64,000 nucleotides of DNA from a virus: positions 27,977 through 91,976 of IMG/VR virus record IMGVR_UViG_3300028908_000005; one strand, 5' to 3'. How positions within the stretch are numbered: the first letter of the stretch is position 1; every line of letters starts with the position of its first letter. Shown piece by piece: positions 52,480 to 62,376 of this stretch. The notes beneath the pieces are model-generated. The model was not told the origin of the DNA. It did no database searches and was given only the letters and a program-made list of their open reading frames with translations. The position numbers were made by a program, and so were the translations under genes.

Positions 52480-54990
52480 CTAAGACGTATAGCAGTTCAC
52501 TTTGACTTGTTGACCATCGTACGAACCATCGTAAGATGGCGGATCGCCGCAAATACACGTCGGTGCCGGCGATGCCGAGCCTTGGTAATCCTCGCATTCA
52601 TTTGCGACTTCGACCCACGTATAACCTGTACCCGGATTCGACCACTCATACGTACAAGTGCCTGGGCAATCGTCACCGTCGTCAGCCGGCGTCGAAACCG
52701 AAGCTTGTGCGGGTTGCGACCCTTGCGATTGCTGCTGCGATCCTTGCGATTGTTGTTGTGATTGCTGCGAAGGTTGTTGCGAAGGTTGCTGTGAGGGTTG
52801 CTCAGACGGCTGTTGCGAAGGTTGCTCAGACGGCTGTTGCGAAGGTTGCTCAGACGGCTGCTCAGATGGCGGTGTTTGCGACGACGGTTGCTCAGATGAC
52901 AAATGCAAACTGCTGGAAGCAATCGAAGCCGCAGACGAACTCGATGTACAGAGTAACCACGGCTTTGCCATATCGCAGAACGGGTCGCGTATGATGAATC
53001 GCCACGTAGCATCGCAACAAACTGCTGGGTCGGTATCTACCTTGTAAACAGTGATATTGAACAGCGCCTGGAAACAATCCGGAGAGTACAAGCAGTTGAA
53101 CTCAGATGCGCAGACTCTGCCGAAGCACTGCGGGTGCAGCTTGTCCGGGCCGACGGATACTTCCAACACCCAGCAATTACCGTCGTAGTACATCTTCAAC
53201 CACATCGGCCCGTAAATGATATGGTCGCCAGCGGCAATTTTGCAGTAACCTTCCCAATACTTGTACGGGAAGCCGGATTGCTGCCGCAGCCGCATCCATG
53301 AGCAGGTACAGCCGGGCCACGTCGAGGTGTCGCCGCACGGCGTGTTTACGAGTGTGCATAGCACTTCCAGGCAGTCCGTCGGCCAGCAATCCATCGTACT
53401 ACACGACATGCTGCTGGCACTGCTGCATGCGAGATCGCCTATCAAGCCGGTAAACTTGGCGTTGCAGCAGCTATCTGCCGGCGCGGCATTCCGCATATCG
53501 ACGTAAAGCTTCGACACGAAACAAGGGTCGCAACCGCTAACCGGCGATAGCCGACTGCGATACCAGACGTTATCAGCGCCGCACAGTACTGCGAAATACC
53601 AATAACCGTTTATGCACTCCATGCGTACTGCGAAATCGCCGAACGAGAACGACGCGGTGCCGAACCAAGTGTGTAAGACAGGGCTGTACGACAGAATCGT
53701 TTTATCGCTTTCCCTGCCGCAAATGCCGTCGTAGACAAGCAAAAGCGGCAAACACTCGCCCGGCCAGCAGCACGCTTGCGAAGACAGCGAACTCGACGCG
53801 TTGCCGACAGCCGCGCTGCTGCTTTGCGACGCTGCAGATGATTTGGCCGGCCCGGAAGATGGATGGCTAGACGTATCGCTGCTCTGCCCGCCCTGCGTGC
53901 GGCTGCTGCTTGGCCCACTCGTATGCGACGTACCCGGCGTCAGCGGCTGCTGCGATGATCCCGATTGCAACTGCAAACTCGACGAAACTACCGGTGCCTT
54001 CGGTAAGTTCGGGCAAATCGCCAAATCGTGTAAATCGACATCGACCACCACGGTGTGCGGATCAGTCGCGTGTTGCCGTACCGTTACGCCGGTGCCGCCT
54101 AGCAGATTGATTCGCGGGCCGGGAACGCCGTCGATCGTTTTGATAAGCTCGCCGCATTGAGGGCTGCCGTCAAGAAGCGTAGCGCCGGCAGGCGGACGTT
54201 CACCGTCATAAAGGGGCACTTCGCTACACGGCTCGCCAAGACCGGCACCGACAAACGCGTTGACGATGATGCTGTTATCGGCTGCGTTTTGCTCGATCGT
54301 ACAGTTATAGCCCTCCTTGAGCTCGACAGCGCCTTGGATACAGCGGCGGTTGACGTAGTATGCCTGTACTGATTCGCTCAGACTGCCGCGACACGCCGCC
54401 GGCGGTTCGTACATCGTACGGGCGGCGTTAGCTGCGTTCAGCGTCCGTACAAAACCGTTGCGGAGGCTTTGGATTCTCGCCGGCTCGATATATAGCGCGG
54501 TATCGTCCCGCGTCAGCGATTGCCCTTCGGCCAATATGGTACACAGCTCGGTCAGCGTCCCGATCGTCATCCAAGCTTCGGCTACGAAAAGTTCGCACGT
54601 CTGCGAACTTTGCGAGCTGGCGCTGCTAGAGCTCGATGTAGTGGTGAGCGGCGCAGAACTGCTGGACTGCGGTCGCAGCCGCACCTCGGCAATACTGACG
54701 GCGTACTCATCGTCGCTAACGGCAAATTCGAACACCAGCTGATAATTCTGTAAGCTGGCTGCCGTGAAGCCGAATGTGAAGGCGACAATACCGACCGTAC
54801 GCGTGATCTCCTCGAGATATACGCGATTCAAAGCTTCGTCGTAGTCCGCAGCGACGCCAACGACGCACGAGAAGTCGACGACGGTCGTGTCCGGCAGCTG
54901 GAACTTGCTGCCGTCGGATCGCGTCAACTCGCTTGCCGTATCGACAAACGGATAAGCTCGGCCCTGGTTGTCGTTGTAGAACGGAATCAT
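52480..54990 (-). CDS. Tail/baseplate-associated protein with Cys-rich modules and SEQP/SQQP repeats
   Basis: N..RAYPF start and IKTIDGVPG motif shared with neighbouring genes. Confidence 0.7.
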   Translation of the reverse strand: MIPFYNDNQGRAYPFVDTASELTRSDGSKFQLPDTTVVDFSCVVGVAADYDEALNRVYLEEITRTVGIVAFTFGFTAASLQNYQLVFEFAVSDDEYAVSIAEVRLRPQSSSSAPLTTTSSSSSASSQSSQTCELFVAEAWMTIGTLTELCTILAEGQSLTRDDTALYIEPARIQSLRNGFVRTLNAANAARTMYEPPAACRGSLSESVQAYYVNRRCIQGAVELKEGYNCTIEQNAADNSIIVNAFVGAGLGEPCSEVPLYDGERPPAGATLLDGSPQCGELIKTIDGVPGPRINLLGGTGVTVRQHATDPHTVVVDVDLHDLAICPNLPKAPVVSSSLQLQSGSSQQPLTPGTSHTSGPSSSRTQGGQSSDTSSHPSSGPAKSSAASQSSSAAVGNASSSLSSQACCWPGECLPLLLVYDGICGRESDKTILSYSPVLHTWFGTASFSFGDFAVRMECINGYWYFAVLCGADNVWYRSRLSPVSGCDPCFVSKLYVDMRNAAPADSCCNAKFTGLIGDLACSSASSMSCSTMDCWPTDCLEVLCTLVNTPCGDTSTWPGCTCSWMRLRQQSGFPYKYWEGYCKIAAGDHIIYGPMWLKMYYDGNCWVLEVSVGPDKLHPQCFGRVCASEFNCLYSPDCFQALFNITVYKVDTDPAVCCDATWRFIIRDPFCDMAKPWLLCTSSSSAASIASSSLHLSSEQPSSQTPPSEQPSEQPSQQPSEQPSQQPSEQPSQQPSQQPSQQSQQQSQGSQQQSQGSQPAQASVSTPADDGDDCPGTCTYEWSNPGTGYTWVEVANECEDYQGSASPAPTCICGDPPSYDGSYDGQQVKVNCYTS

Positions 54991-55766
54991 GGTATCGTTT
55001 TTTCGCCGACGGCTTCAACATGCACGCCGTCAGGCTGCGGGTATATCCGTAAAATCGTATCTTTCGCCCAATGCGAACCGGCTGTGATTTTGAAATCGCC
55101 ATACGCGTCGGGCGGCAAATGGTTGATCGTTTTCAAATAGGCTTTCGGCGCGAACAGTTCAATGCCGCCGGTTTGATCGGTTTGATCTTCGCATTCTTTC
55201 TTGAGATAGAGCGGATCGCCGACCATATCGAATCGGATGGCGCCAGCCGCTTCGTCATAACGTACGACAACGCCGTGCTCGCCAACAAGCCAAACATCGC
55301 CGGTAACAATCGTGTCGTCTTCGAGAACTAAGCCACGCAGACCGATTTCGGGCGTCGGTACGCAAACGCTGGCTGCAAAAGCGCCCGACTCTTGTGTGAA
55401 CAGATGCTTGGACTGTTCCCAAACTTGGAACTGTGACAGGATCGCCGGATCTGCGACAAGCAAGCCGGCTGCGCGCTTGTACGAATCTTCCAGTGCGATC
55501 TCGCTCGGCGGGCTGTACCGATCGAATTTGCCCGAGCACAGGTCGCCGGCATCGTTGCCGATACGCACGGTCACGTCGTCGCGGCTCACCTCGATACTCC
55601 GCAAGTACATATTCGCCGTACCGCCGATCGGGTAGAGCTGCGCGTCCAGCAGCATGTTCTTAGGCAGTACGCGACCGGTGCTGCTTACGAGCGTAGCATC
55701 ATCGGCAAACGGATATTTCGAATCCGCTTGTTGCGGTCGCCACTGTCTGTGAATTATCGCTGTCAC
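54987..55766 (-). CDS. Tail/baseplate-associated paralog
   Basis: KYPFADDA start, LKTINHLPPDAYGDF. Confidence 0.7.
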   Translation of the reverse strand: MTAIIHRQWRPQQADSKYPFADDATLVSSTGRVLPKNMLLDAQLYPIGGTANMYLRSIEVSRDDVTVRIGNDAGDLCSGKFDRYSPPSEIALEDSYKRAAGLLVADPAILSQFQVWEQSKHLFTQESGAFAASVCVPTPEIGLRGLVLEDDTIVTGDVWLVGEHGVVVRYDEAAGAIRFDMVGDPLYLKKECEDQTDQTGGIELFAPKAYLKTINHLPPDAYGDFKITAGSHWAKDTILRIYPQPDGVHVEAVGEKTIP

Positions 55767-57409
55767 GGGTAATTGCTCACAAAGAACGTATCGAACTTAG
55801 CCATGCTTTCGCGCACATGCACGCCGCAATACATTTTCCGGGAACCGCTTAGTTTTGCTGATGTTACTTGCGTGTTCGCCAGTTTTTGGCCGCTTACGTC
55901 GTCATACAGTGTGCAATCGACGACAGTTGCCGTAGCCGACGTCGGCATTGTCGTGACGGTTATCTTGTACGTATGGTCGTTCTGCAACGACATCGGCGAC
56001 AACTCAGCCAGTACGATGTAGTGCAGGCCGGTCCAAAACAGCACCCTGAAAGCGTCTCTACGCTTATCGACTTCGACTGCCAAATACTCGGCGTGTACTG
56101 TCGTCAGGCCGGAAGACGTGCTCTGCCGATCTGCATAACCGATGAGTACGCCGGCGTTGGTGGTTACCTTGCCGGACATCAGCTGCACGCGGGCGCTGAT
56201 CAGCTTGTGTTGGATATTGTCGTAGGCGCAGTCGTCCCAGATAGCCAAATTCCTGGCCATCTCGTTGGTAGCTTGGTAGAACCCGCCGTTTACGACATAG
56301 CTGCCGTTCACGACATGGAAGCTGCCTGGGCCGCTCACAAACGTTTCCATCTTCGGCAGCGGCGGGCATGGCGAGCTGCTCTGCGTCGGTGCCGGCGAGC
56401 TGCTGGACGGGCCCGGCGGTATGATGTGCGCCGTCGACGAGTGCTGCGGCAACGACGGTTGCAAACACAAGTCGTCGAACTGCCGTAAGTTGCCGTCAAC
56501 CGGCAAGTCGTCCGGCAAGCACGCTGACGACAGCCCCAGGCAGTAATCGACAACGATGCCCGGATCTGAACTCGCTTCATAGCCGACGGCAGCACACGGC
56601 GACGGAAAGATGATGTTGATATTGCCGTCGCAATCCGGGATCGCAGCGTTGATCGCCTCGATTGGCGGTTTGAGGCAAGTCCCGCTATCCGGACGACCGC
56701 CGCACGGGCCGGTGTACTCGGCCAATACTTTGCGGCCAGTCTGCTCGGCTAAGCGAAAGACGATGGCGTTACGCAGCTTGCCGGCTATTTCTCGCTGCTC
56801 GTGCGAAATTTCGATGTCGTTGCCGGCGCGCAGCTTGACGAGTCCGGTCAGCGCCGTCGCGTTATGCTGTTTGCTGAGCGATTTTATCGGTAGCCCCGTA
56901 TATGATCTGGCTACGCGCGGTGCCAGCATGCTCTGTACGGCCTCGGCAAATTTGCCGGTAAAGTAGTTTTTACACGGCCCGAAGACGAGCCAGCCGCCTG
57001 ATCCCGGATATATCGGCGTGATGAGCACTTGCCGGCCCGGCTGCAATTCGGTCCGCGGGAAACTTACCGATGCGATTACAGTATCCGGATACTTCGTTGG
57101 GTCGTAGTCCGGCGGCAAGCCGCTTCCAGCAGCCAAGTTTGACGCCCGCTTAATGGGCCAAGCGCGGACCTCTCGACCAAGCGCGGCCGGAACGTACGTT
57201 GCCATGATGACGGCTGAAATGAGGTGTTCGCTGACGTGCAAAGCCCCGAGATATGCGTAATGGCCGGCACTGGCGGGAAACCGGATATTGGCGTCGAGCA
57301 GGATATCGTCAGGAATAGACAGCCCGGCATCGCTCTCACCGGAGGCTGCATCGTCGAGCGGGTATTGCCGCCCGGCGTTCAAGTTGTACCAGTTTTGAGC
57401 GATAACCAT
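55763..57409 (-). CDS. Tail/baseplate-associated paralog with C-terminal lectin-like domain
   Basis: RQYPLDDA, IEAINAAIPDCDGNI; beta-rich C-terminus ending AKFDTFFV. Confidence 0.7.
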   Translation of the reverse strand: MVIAQNWYNLNAGRQYPLDDAASGESDAGLSIPDDILLDANIRFPASAGHYAYLGALHVSEHLISAVIMATYVPAALGREVRAWPIKRASNLAAGSGLPPDYDPTKYPDTVIASVSFPRTELQPGRQVLITPIYPGSGGWLVFGPCKNYFTGKFAEAVQSMLAPRVARSYTGLPIKSLSKQHNATALTGLVKLRAGNDIEISHEQREIAGKLRNAIVFRLAEQTGRKVLAEYTGPCGGRPDSGTCLKPPIEAINAAIPDCDGNINIIFPSPCAAVGYEASSDPGIVVDYCLGLSSACLPDDLPVDGNLRQFDDLCLQPSLPQHSSTAHIIPPGPSSSSPAPTQSSSPCPPLPKMETFVSGPGSFHVVNGSYVVNGGFYQATNEMARNLAIWDDCAYDNIQHKLISARVQLMSGKVTTNAGVLIGYADRQSTSSGLTTVHAEYLAVEVDKRRDAFRVLFWTGLHYIVLAELSPMSLQNDHTYKITVTTMPTSATATVVDCTLYDDVSGQKLANTQVTSAKLSGSRKMYCGVHVRESMAKFDTFFVSNYP

Positions 57410-57414
57410 AGCGA

Positions 57415-59640
57415 TCAGCAAACATTGGTCGAAGGGCACGTCCCATAAAAGGCTGATGTTTCAACGACGTCAGGATACGCTTTGCCGGCAAATGTCGCCG
57501 ATACGGTGACGCGGGCACTGCCGCCGTCGAGGATATTGCAGCCTTGTACCATGAATACCAGTTTAGCACCATCTCGGCTGTTCAGCAGATCCCAATGTGC
57601 CAACCAGCGCCCGCCGACGTACGGCAAATCGACAGGAACCATCCTACCAGTTGCCGGATCGCTCTTTTTAGCCGTATTTGGCACCAACTTTACTGAGCTA
57701 GCTGCAGACGGCACTGCTCCTCCACCGCCAGCAGCGAACACCTCGATTTTGATCGCGATATCGAGCGGCCCGCGGCATTTGTCAGTCGTATTGCAGAAAC
57801 CGTACCCGATGCCGAGTTTGTCGTCGCAATACTGGTAAATCGTCAGATTCTGCGGGTTATCCTCGCGGCAGTGCTTTTGCGCTAGCCACCGGCGGCGAGA
57901 GTCGGCATATATATCTCGCGACCGCTCTGCCCGTTTTGCCAGGATTCGCCATTTTTCGAATTGCTTCTGCATAGCTTTCTGCACGCGAACGTAGTCGTCG
58001 CATTCGCAGCACGGCTTACAATTATCGTGCAGCTGCATCGTATGCTGAACGGTATCGACGCGCCGCGGGTGCGAGTTGGTAATCGTGCCTGGCCGCTCGT
58101 ACCAAACGCAGTCTTTCGGCGTCAGTAGGAAATCCCCGTAAGCGTTCGGACCGACGCCATTGATGAATCGCAGCGATATGTCGACATCGCCGCAGCCGGG
58201 GTAGCGGCCTAAGCCGCTTCCTGGCGAGGCCGAAATCTTGATACGCCGGCCGGCTCTGATCGTCGTCTGCTCGATAGGGCTGAATGTCTCCTGCTGCTTT
58301 TCGATTGCTCCGCCGTCGGTCAGCTCGACATTGAATCCGCCGGTAAGGCTGATATGCCCAGTCAACCTATTTGAGCCGATCTTGATGCTTTTTACGCGCT
58401 TCGGCTGCCGCAAAATCGTGCGCGGGTCCAACAATGCGTACTGCGGCGCCATGTGTTCTTCAAAGTCGGGTGCTGTCGGGTTGCCTTTGCCATCACCTAC
58501 ACGGTGGACGAGCCGTAGCACGGACTCGCCGAGTATCCACTCGTGGACAAGCATATGGCTACCCCAAGGCCGGCTGCGATAATCCGTTGATTTGGTCGAA
58601 TCGAAAACCGCGTACCCGTCAGCGTCGGTTACAACCACGTCGTACGCGTGTGACGGTGTCGGTGCCCAGGCAGGTGGCGTGCTCGTCTTCGAGCCGAAGC
58701 CGTAGACGTAGATTATCCGCAACGGCAGTTTGAATGCGGAAAGCTTTGAGTTGTAATCGGAAGGGTCTTCGTACAAGAGATACGCGTCGGCAAACAGATA
58801 CTGCAGTTCGGGCACCGGCAGCGTAAATGGGTAGTCGAAACCGAGTTCTTGCGCTACCGATATCGGTCGCATATCGACGACATCGGCGATCGGTAACGGC
58901 GAACCGGATAAGAGATCGATAGCTGCGACCGGAAACTGCGCTACCGCTCCGGATGTTTTCGGTATGTGCGGCAGAAAACTGTCGGACGTTATAACAGTCG
59001 GCGGCACAACAGTCGCAGCTGCCGAAAGCGTTGCGAGCTGAATATCGATTTTCGGCGTCGGCGCTGGTACGCTCGCTTGCAGTTGTCTTACGGCTGTCTG
59101 TTTTGTCGTAGAGTTGTGCGTTACGAGCGATACTGGCAAAACCGCAGCTGTAGCGGCCAAAGCGGTTGCGGTGAAAGTCTCGCTACGCGTAGCATTAACC
59201 GTAACCGGATTGACCGAAGCTGTAGCGGTCAGCGCGGCTGCTGTGAAAGTCTCGCTAAGTGTAGCTGCAGCTGTAACTGCGTTGACCGAAGCTGTAGCGG
59301 TCAGCGCGGTTGCTGTGAAAGTCGCATTACGCGTAGCATTAACCGTAACCGGATTGACCGAAGCTGTAGTGGCCAAAGCGGTTGCTGTGAAAGTCGCATT
59401 ACGCGTAGCATTAACCGTAACCGGATTGACCGAAGCTGTAGTGGCCAAAGCGGTTGCTGTGAAAGTCGCATTACGCGTAGCATTAACCGTAACCGGATTG
59501 ATCGAAGCTGTAGCGGTCAGCGCCGTTGCTGTGAAAGTCTCGCTAAGCGTAGCATTAACCGTAACCGGATTGACCGAAACGGTTAACTTTGTAGCACCGT
59601 TAAGCGATACGCCGGATGTGATATCAACGACAGTTGCCAT
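57415..59640 (-). CDS. Tail/baseplate-associated paralog with N-terminal 24-aa repeats
   Basis: VNPVTVNAT...FTATAL..TAS about 6 times; DYPF; LRFINGVGPNAYGDF; CKPCCEC. Confidence 0.7.
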   Translation of the reverse strand: MATVVDITSGVSLNGATKLTVSVNPVTVNATLSETFTATALTATASINPVTVNATRNATFTATALATTASVNPVTVNATRNATFTATALATTASVNPVTVNATRNATFTATALTATASVNAVTAAATLSETFTAAALTATASVNPVTVNATRSETFTATALAATAAVLPVSLVTHNSTTKQTAVRQLQASVPAPTPKIDIQLATLSAAATVVPPTVITSDSFLPHIPKTSGAVAQFPVAAIDLLSGSPLPIADVVDMRPISVAQELGFDYPFTLPVPELQYLFADAYLLYEDPSDYNSKLSAFKLPLRIIYVYGFGSKTSTPPAWAPTPSHAYDVVVTDADGYAVFDSTKSTDYRSRPWGSHMLVHEWILGESVLRLVHRVGDGKGNPTAPDFEEHMAPQYALLDPRTILRQPKRVKSIKIGSNRLTGHISLTGGFNVELTDGGAIEKQQETFSPIEQTTIRAGRRIKISASPGSGLGRYPGCGDVDISLRFINGVGPNAYGDFLLTPKDCVWYERPGTITNSHPRRVDTVQHTMQLHDNCKPCCECDDYVRVQKAMQKQFEKWRILAKRAERSRDIYADSRRRWLAQKHCREDNPQNLTIYQYCDDKLGIGYGFCNTTDKCRGPLDIAIKIEVFAAGGGGAVPSAASSVKLVPNTAKKSDPATGRMVPVDLPYVGGRWLAHWDLLNSRDGAKLVFMVQGCNILDGGSARVTVSATFAGKAYPDVVETSAFYGTCPSTNVC
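59140..59580 (-). repeat. 72-bp coding tandem repeats
   Basis: GTAGCATTAACCGTAACCGGATTGA recurs at multiples of 72 nt. Confidence 0.9.
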
Positions 59641-59650
59641 AACCAGCTAC

Positions 59651-60073
59651 TTACGTGATGTTGATAATACCGTCAGAATCCCACTGAATCGTGAATGTGC
59701 CACTCGATACAGTTTGCGCACCACCGAAATCAATGGAACAGATTAGCGGGTCTGCCGGCGAAGTCGGAGTAGTATCGTGCAACACCGCGTGGTAAGCCGT
59801 AAATGTCGCTGATGTCCAAGATAGGTCATCTGCGTCGAAGACACCATCGTTATTGGTGTTATTCTGTGTGACCGATTTGTTCGCCAACGCTGCGCCACCG
59901 GCGGTATAACCGGTGCCGCTAATCTCGTTAGCGCTTACGCTGGACCAACCAATCGCCGATGCAGAGAACGAATGGGAGCTGTTCATCAACGCTACCTTTA
60001 CGGTGTCGTTGACAAGATCAAACGTCCCACTCATCAGCTCTGCTTTGAATTGATTATAAATACCAGACGCCAT
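59651..60073 (-). CDS. Phage tail-associated structural protein
   Basis: DL.NDTVKVALM, NEISGTGYTAGG..L, FDADD.SW, IDFGG...SSGTFTIQW: a common phage tail family. Confidence 0.8.
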   Translation of the reverse strand: MASGIYNQFKAELMSGTFDLVNDTVKVALMNSSHSFSASAIGWSSVSANEISGTGYTAGGAALANKSVTQNNTNNDGVFDADDLSWTSATFTAYHAVLHDTTPTSPADPLICSIDFGGAQTVSSGTFTIQWDSDGIINIT

Positions 60074-60074
60074 G

Positions 60075-60254
60075 TTATTGTCCTCCTGCTGGCCGTTTAG
60101 CACCAGCACTGATCTTGGGAACTTTTACCAAACAGTCCTTGCGGCCGTCGTCGTGATAGGTTTCGACGATTGTTAACGTAACCGGAACCTTTACGGCCTT
60201 TCCTTCGACTAACACATTTACGCTTCCTTGCTGCTGTTTTGTTTCTACTCTCAC
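60075..60254 (-). CDS. Small hypothetical protein (59 aa, below the ORF-track cutoff)
   Basis: GTG overlaps the upstream TGA; VRVETKQQQGSVNV...YHDDGRKDCLVKVPKI...; stops 1 nt before the next ATG. Confidence 0.65.
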   Translation of the reverse strand: MRVETKQQQGSVNVLVEGKAVKVPVTLTIVETYHDDGRKDCLVKVPKISAGAKRPAGGQ

Positions 60255-61066
60255 AACGTCAACTCCAATGTTTTGTTGCTTTGAACGGTATCGCCTGGGA
60301 TTGTTGTTGCTGCTGACAGTTGATTGGCAGAGAAAATGGCGTCCAGCGATGGCGACATGAAAAATGTGCTGCGGGTACGTTTACGGCGGATAAGGTCTGG
60401 GTAGCCTTTGAGGGACTGCTCGTATAAGAAGGTCATTTCCGACTCATTTAATGCCCTAGTAAACGCGGCAAACATTGTCGCCGGACCATCTAACCACTTA
60501 TCGCCATAGCTACCTAAAATCAAGTTGTTTTCTGTCCCAACAGTAGCTGACAGTGTAGAGCTTACACATTTTTGACCATTGCGATATATTATAAACCCAT
60601 CTGTTTCCCCTGAGTTGAACGCCATTGCGCACTGCTGCCACCCATAAACAATATCACCTGTAGCCATAAGCCCAGTATTAGCTATCTGTGCTTCGATTTT
60701 ACCGCCGTTAAATTTTAATTCTGTCCCATAAGACTTATCTACCATGATTCTTGCGTACGCTTGTACTACCGGATTTGGTCTATACACGTAAGCAACATAT
60801 GTTATTTTCGTAGTACCAGCAATTCCAACAGAGGTTGCTGTTACAGTTGGCCCGTATCCGTCAAAATCTATCGCATGGCCGAACTTTGTAGCGCACCACG
60901 CACTACTATTGTCCACAGTTGCGTGATGTTTATTCAAACCAAAATCATATAATTTTCCTCCTGTATAGCACGAGATATGCGGCATCCACCAACCAACTAA
61001 GTTGTGAAATATATCATGGTCAGTAAGCGGACGAGCCAGATCAATGTCAGCGTACCAGTTGCTCAT
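60251..61066 (-). CDS. LamG/concanavalin A-like domain protein
   Basis: LVGWW, AIDFDG, WQQCAMAF, IYRNGQ, ILGS, RALNESEM..LY; lower GC. Confidence 0.8.
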   Translation of the reverse strand: MSNWYADIDLARPLTDHDIFHNLVGWWMPHISCYTGGKLYDFGLNKHHATVDNSSAWCATKFGHAIDFDGYGPTVTATSVGIAGTTKITYVAYVYRPNPVVQAYARIMVDKSYGTELKFNGGKIEAQIANTGLMATGDIVYGWQQCAMAFNSGETDGFIIYRNGQKCVSSTLSATVGTENNLILGSYGDKWLDGPATMFAAFTRALNESEMTFLYEQSLKGYPDLIRRKRTRSTFFMSPSLDAIFSANQLSAATTIPGDTVQSNKTLELTL

Positions 61067-61491
61067 TGGATCTCTTCGTTGTACGTATAAGCCGTGAGGG
61101 TCACGCTACTAGCAGCCTGATCCAGTTCACTCTTGAGCAGAATCTTAAACGCAAACGGCGAGATCGGAATATCGACCTTCGTTTGCCGTTGAGCTGATGT
61201 CACCGCTCTGGCAAGAAAAGCCTCGTCTGGTCCTTTAGCTGGATCGGTAGGAGTAGCGTCGCCATCTTCGTAATTTGTGCCGTCAAGCGAATAGAGTACA
61301 TACACCTCCACCGCTTTTCCTGCCGATGGCGCTGTTGAGCATGTAAACTGCAACTCTAGCGCCAGGAACCGGTCTTTGTTCGTGCTGTTATCAATAGCCG
61401 AACTCAGCAGGTTAGCTCCAGCGGCTAAACTCGCTGCACTAATACCAGTTGTCCGCGATGTAGCACTCGTCCATTTGATAGCATTAGCCAT
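61063..61491 (-). CDS. Structural protein
   Basis: IDNSTN...YSLDGTNYED; beta-rich. Confidence 0.7.
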   Translation of the reverse strand: MANAIKWTSATSRTTGISAASLAAGANLLSSAIDNSTNKDRFLALELQFTCSTAPSAGKAVEVYVLYSLDGTNYEDGDATPTDPAKGPDEAFLARAVTSAQRQTKVDIPISPFAFKILLKSELDQAASSVTLTAYTYNEEIQ

Positions 61492-61948
61492 TTGCTTTTG
61501 CTCCTGTTACATCTGCGGCATACACTGTCCCAAGACCAAGCTCTTCTGCTCTGCTGATCTGCTGCGTTGCCATTGCGTACAACCCGTCTTTCTCATCTGC
61601 CGTCAGCACGCCGCCAGCAACAAGAGCATCGACCATCGCTGCCCGGTCAGGCAAAGACAGATCAAGCTCGGTACTGTCTCTGTCAATCAATCTGATCGCC
61701 GCTTTACATGCCCCACGTACGGCTCCAGACGCGTGTTCCGTAGCTGCAGTCTCGATACGTTCGTAGCGGCTTGCGATGTTGTTGTCATCATCGGCTCCGC
61801 CACCCGACCAAGCGAGCAGCGCAGCCGACGATAACGGAACAATGCGATCGCGATCCTTCGTATTCAGACTGTCAGCAATCTCTGCGTCGGTCATATCGGC
61901 GTATCCGCGGCCAAGCGGATCGTTAAGGATCTCTTCTCGCAGTGACAT
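61484..61948 (-). CDS. Hypothetical phage tail-region protein
   Basis: NDPLGRGYA.M.D..IAD.LN...SRAEELGLG.V. Confidence 0.75.
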   Translation of the reverse strand: MSLREEILNDPLGRGYADMTDAEIADSLNTKDRDRIVPLSSAALLAWSGGGADDDNNIASRYERIETAATEHASGAVRGACKAAIRLIDRDSTELDLSLPDRAAMVDALVAGGVLTADEKDGLYAMATQQISRAEELGLGTVYAADVTGAKANG

Positions 61949-62376
61949 TACTCTTGCGCCTCCTGATATGCTTGCTTAGCTTCGTCTACAGCAGTTTGCG
62001 CTGCGGTAACTGCTTGTTGCAGTTCTTCGTTGTCAGGATCTGCTGCCGCTGCTTGCTTCGCAGCTTCCAACGCCTTCAGCAGTTCCGTCTCCTTGGCGAT
62101 CTTTGCCAGCTCGGCAGTAAATGTCGCCATAGCGGCAGCAAGCGTCGGACGCTCAGCAACAAAGCCCCAAAAGTCGGCAATGTTCAGGCTGATGTCCTGA
62201 TCGTCTTTCTCGTACAGTTCTTTCGTCTCGTAGTTGTAAGGCCGATACGAGACAACTGCATTTCCAGCAGCCGGTCGGATGACCAACAGCACGTTAAACC
62301 AGTTCGGATACGTCCGCTCCGGGACTGGGGGAACCGTAACAGGATTTACAGCTTGGATTTCGGGTAGGTCTGTCAT
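61948..62376 (-). CDS. Hypothetical protein (possible fibre chaperone)
   Basis: Directly follows the fibre gene. Confidence 0.65.
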   Translation of the reverse strand: MTDLPEIQAVNPVTVPPVPERTYPNWFNVLLVIRPAAGNAVVSYRPYNYETKELYEKDDQDISLNIADFWGFVAERPTLAAAMATFTAELAKIAKETELLKALEAAKQAAAADPDNEELQQAVTAAQTAVDEAKQAYQEAQE

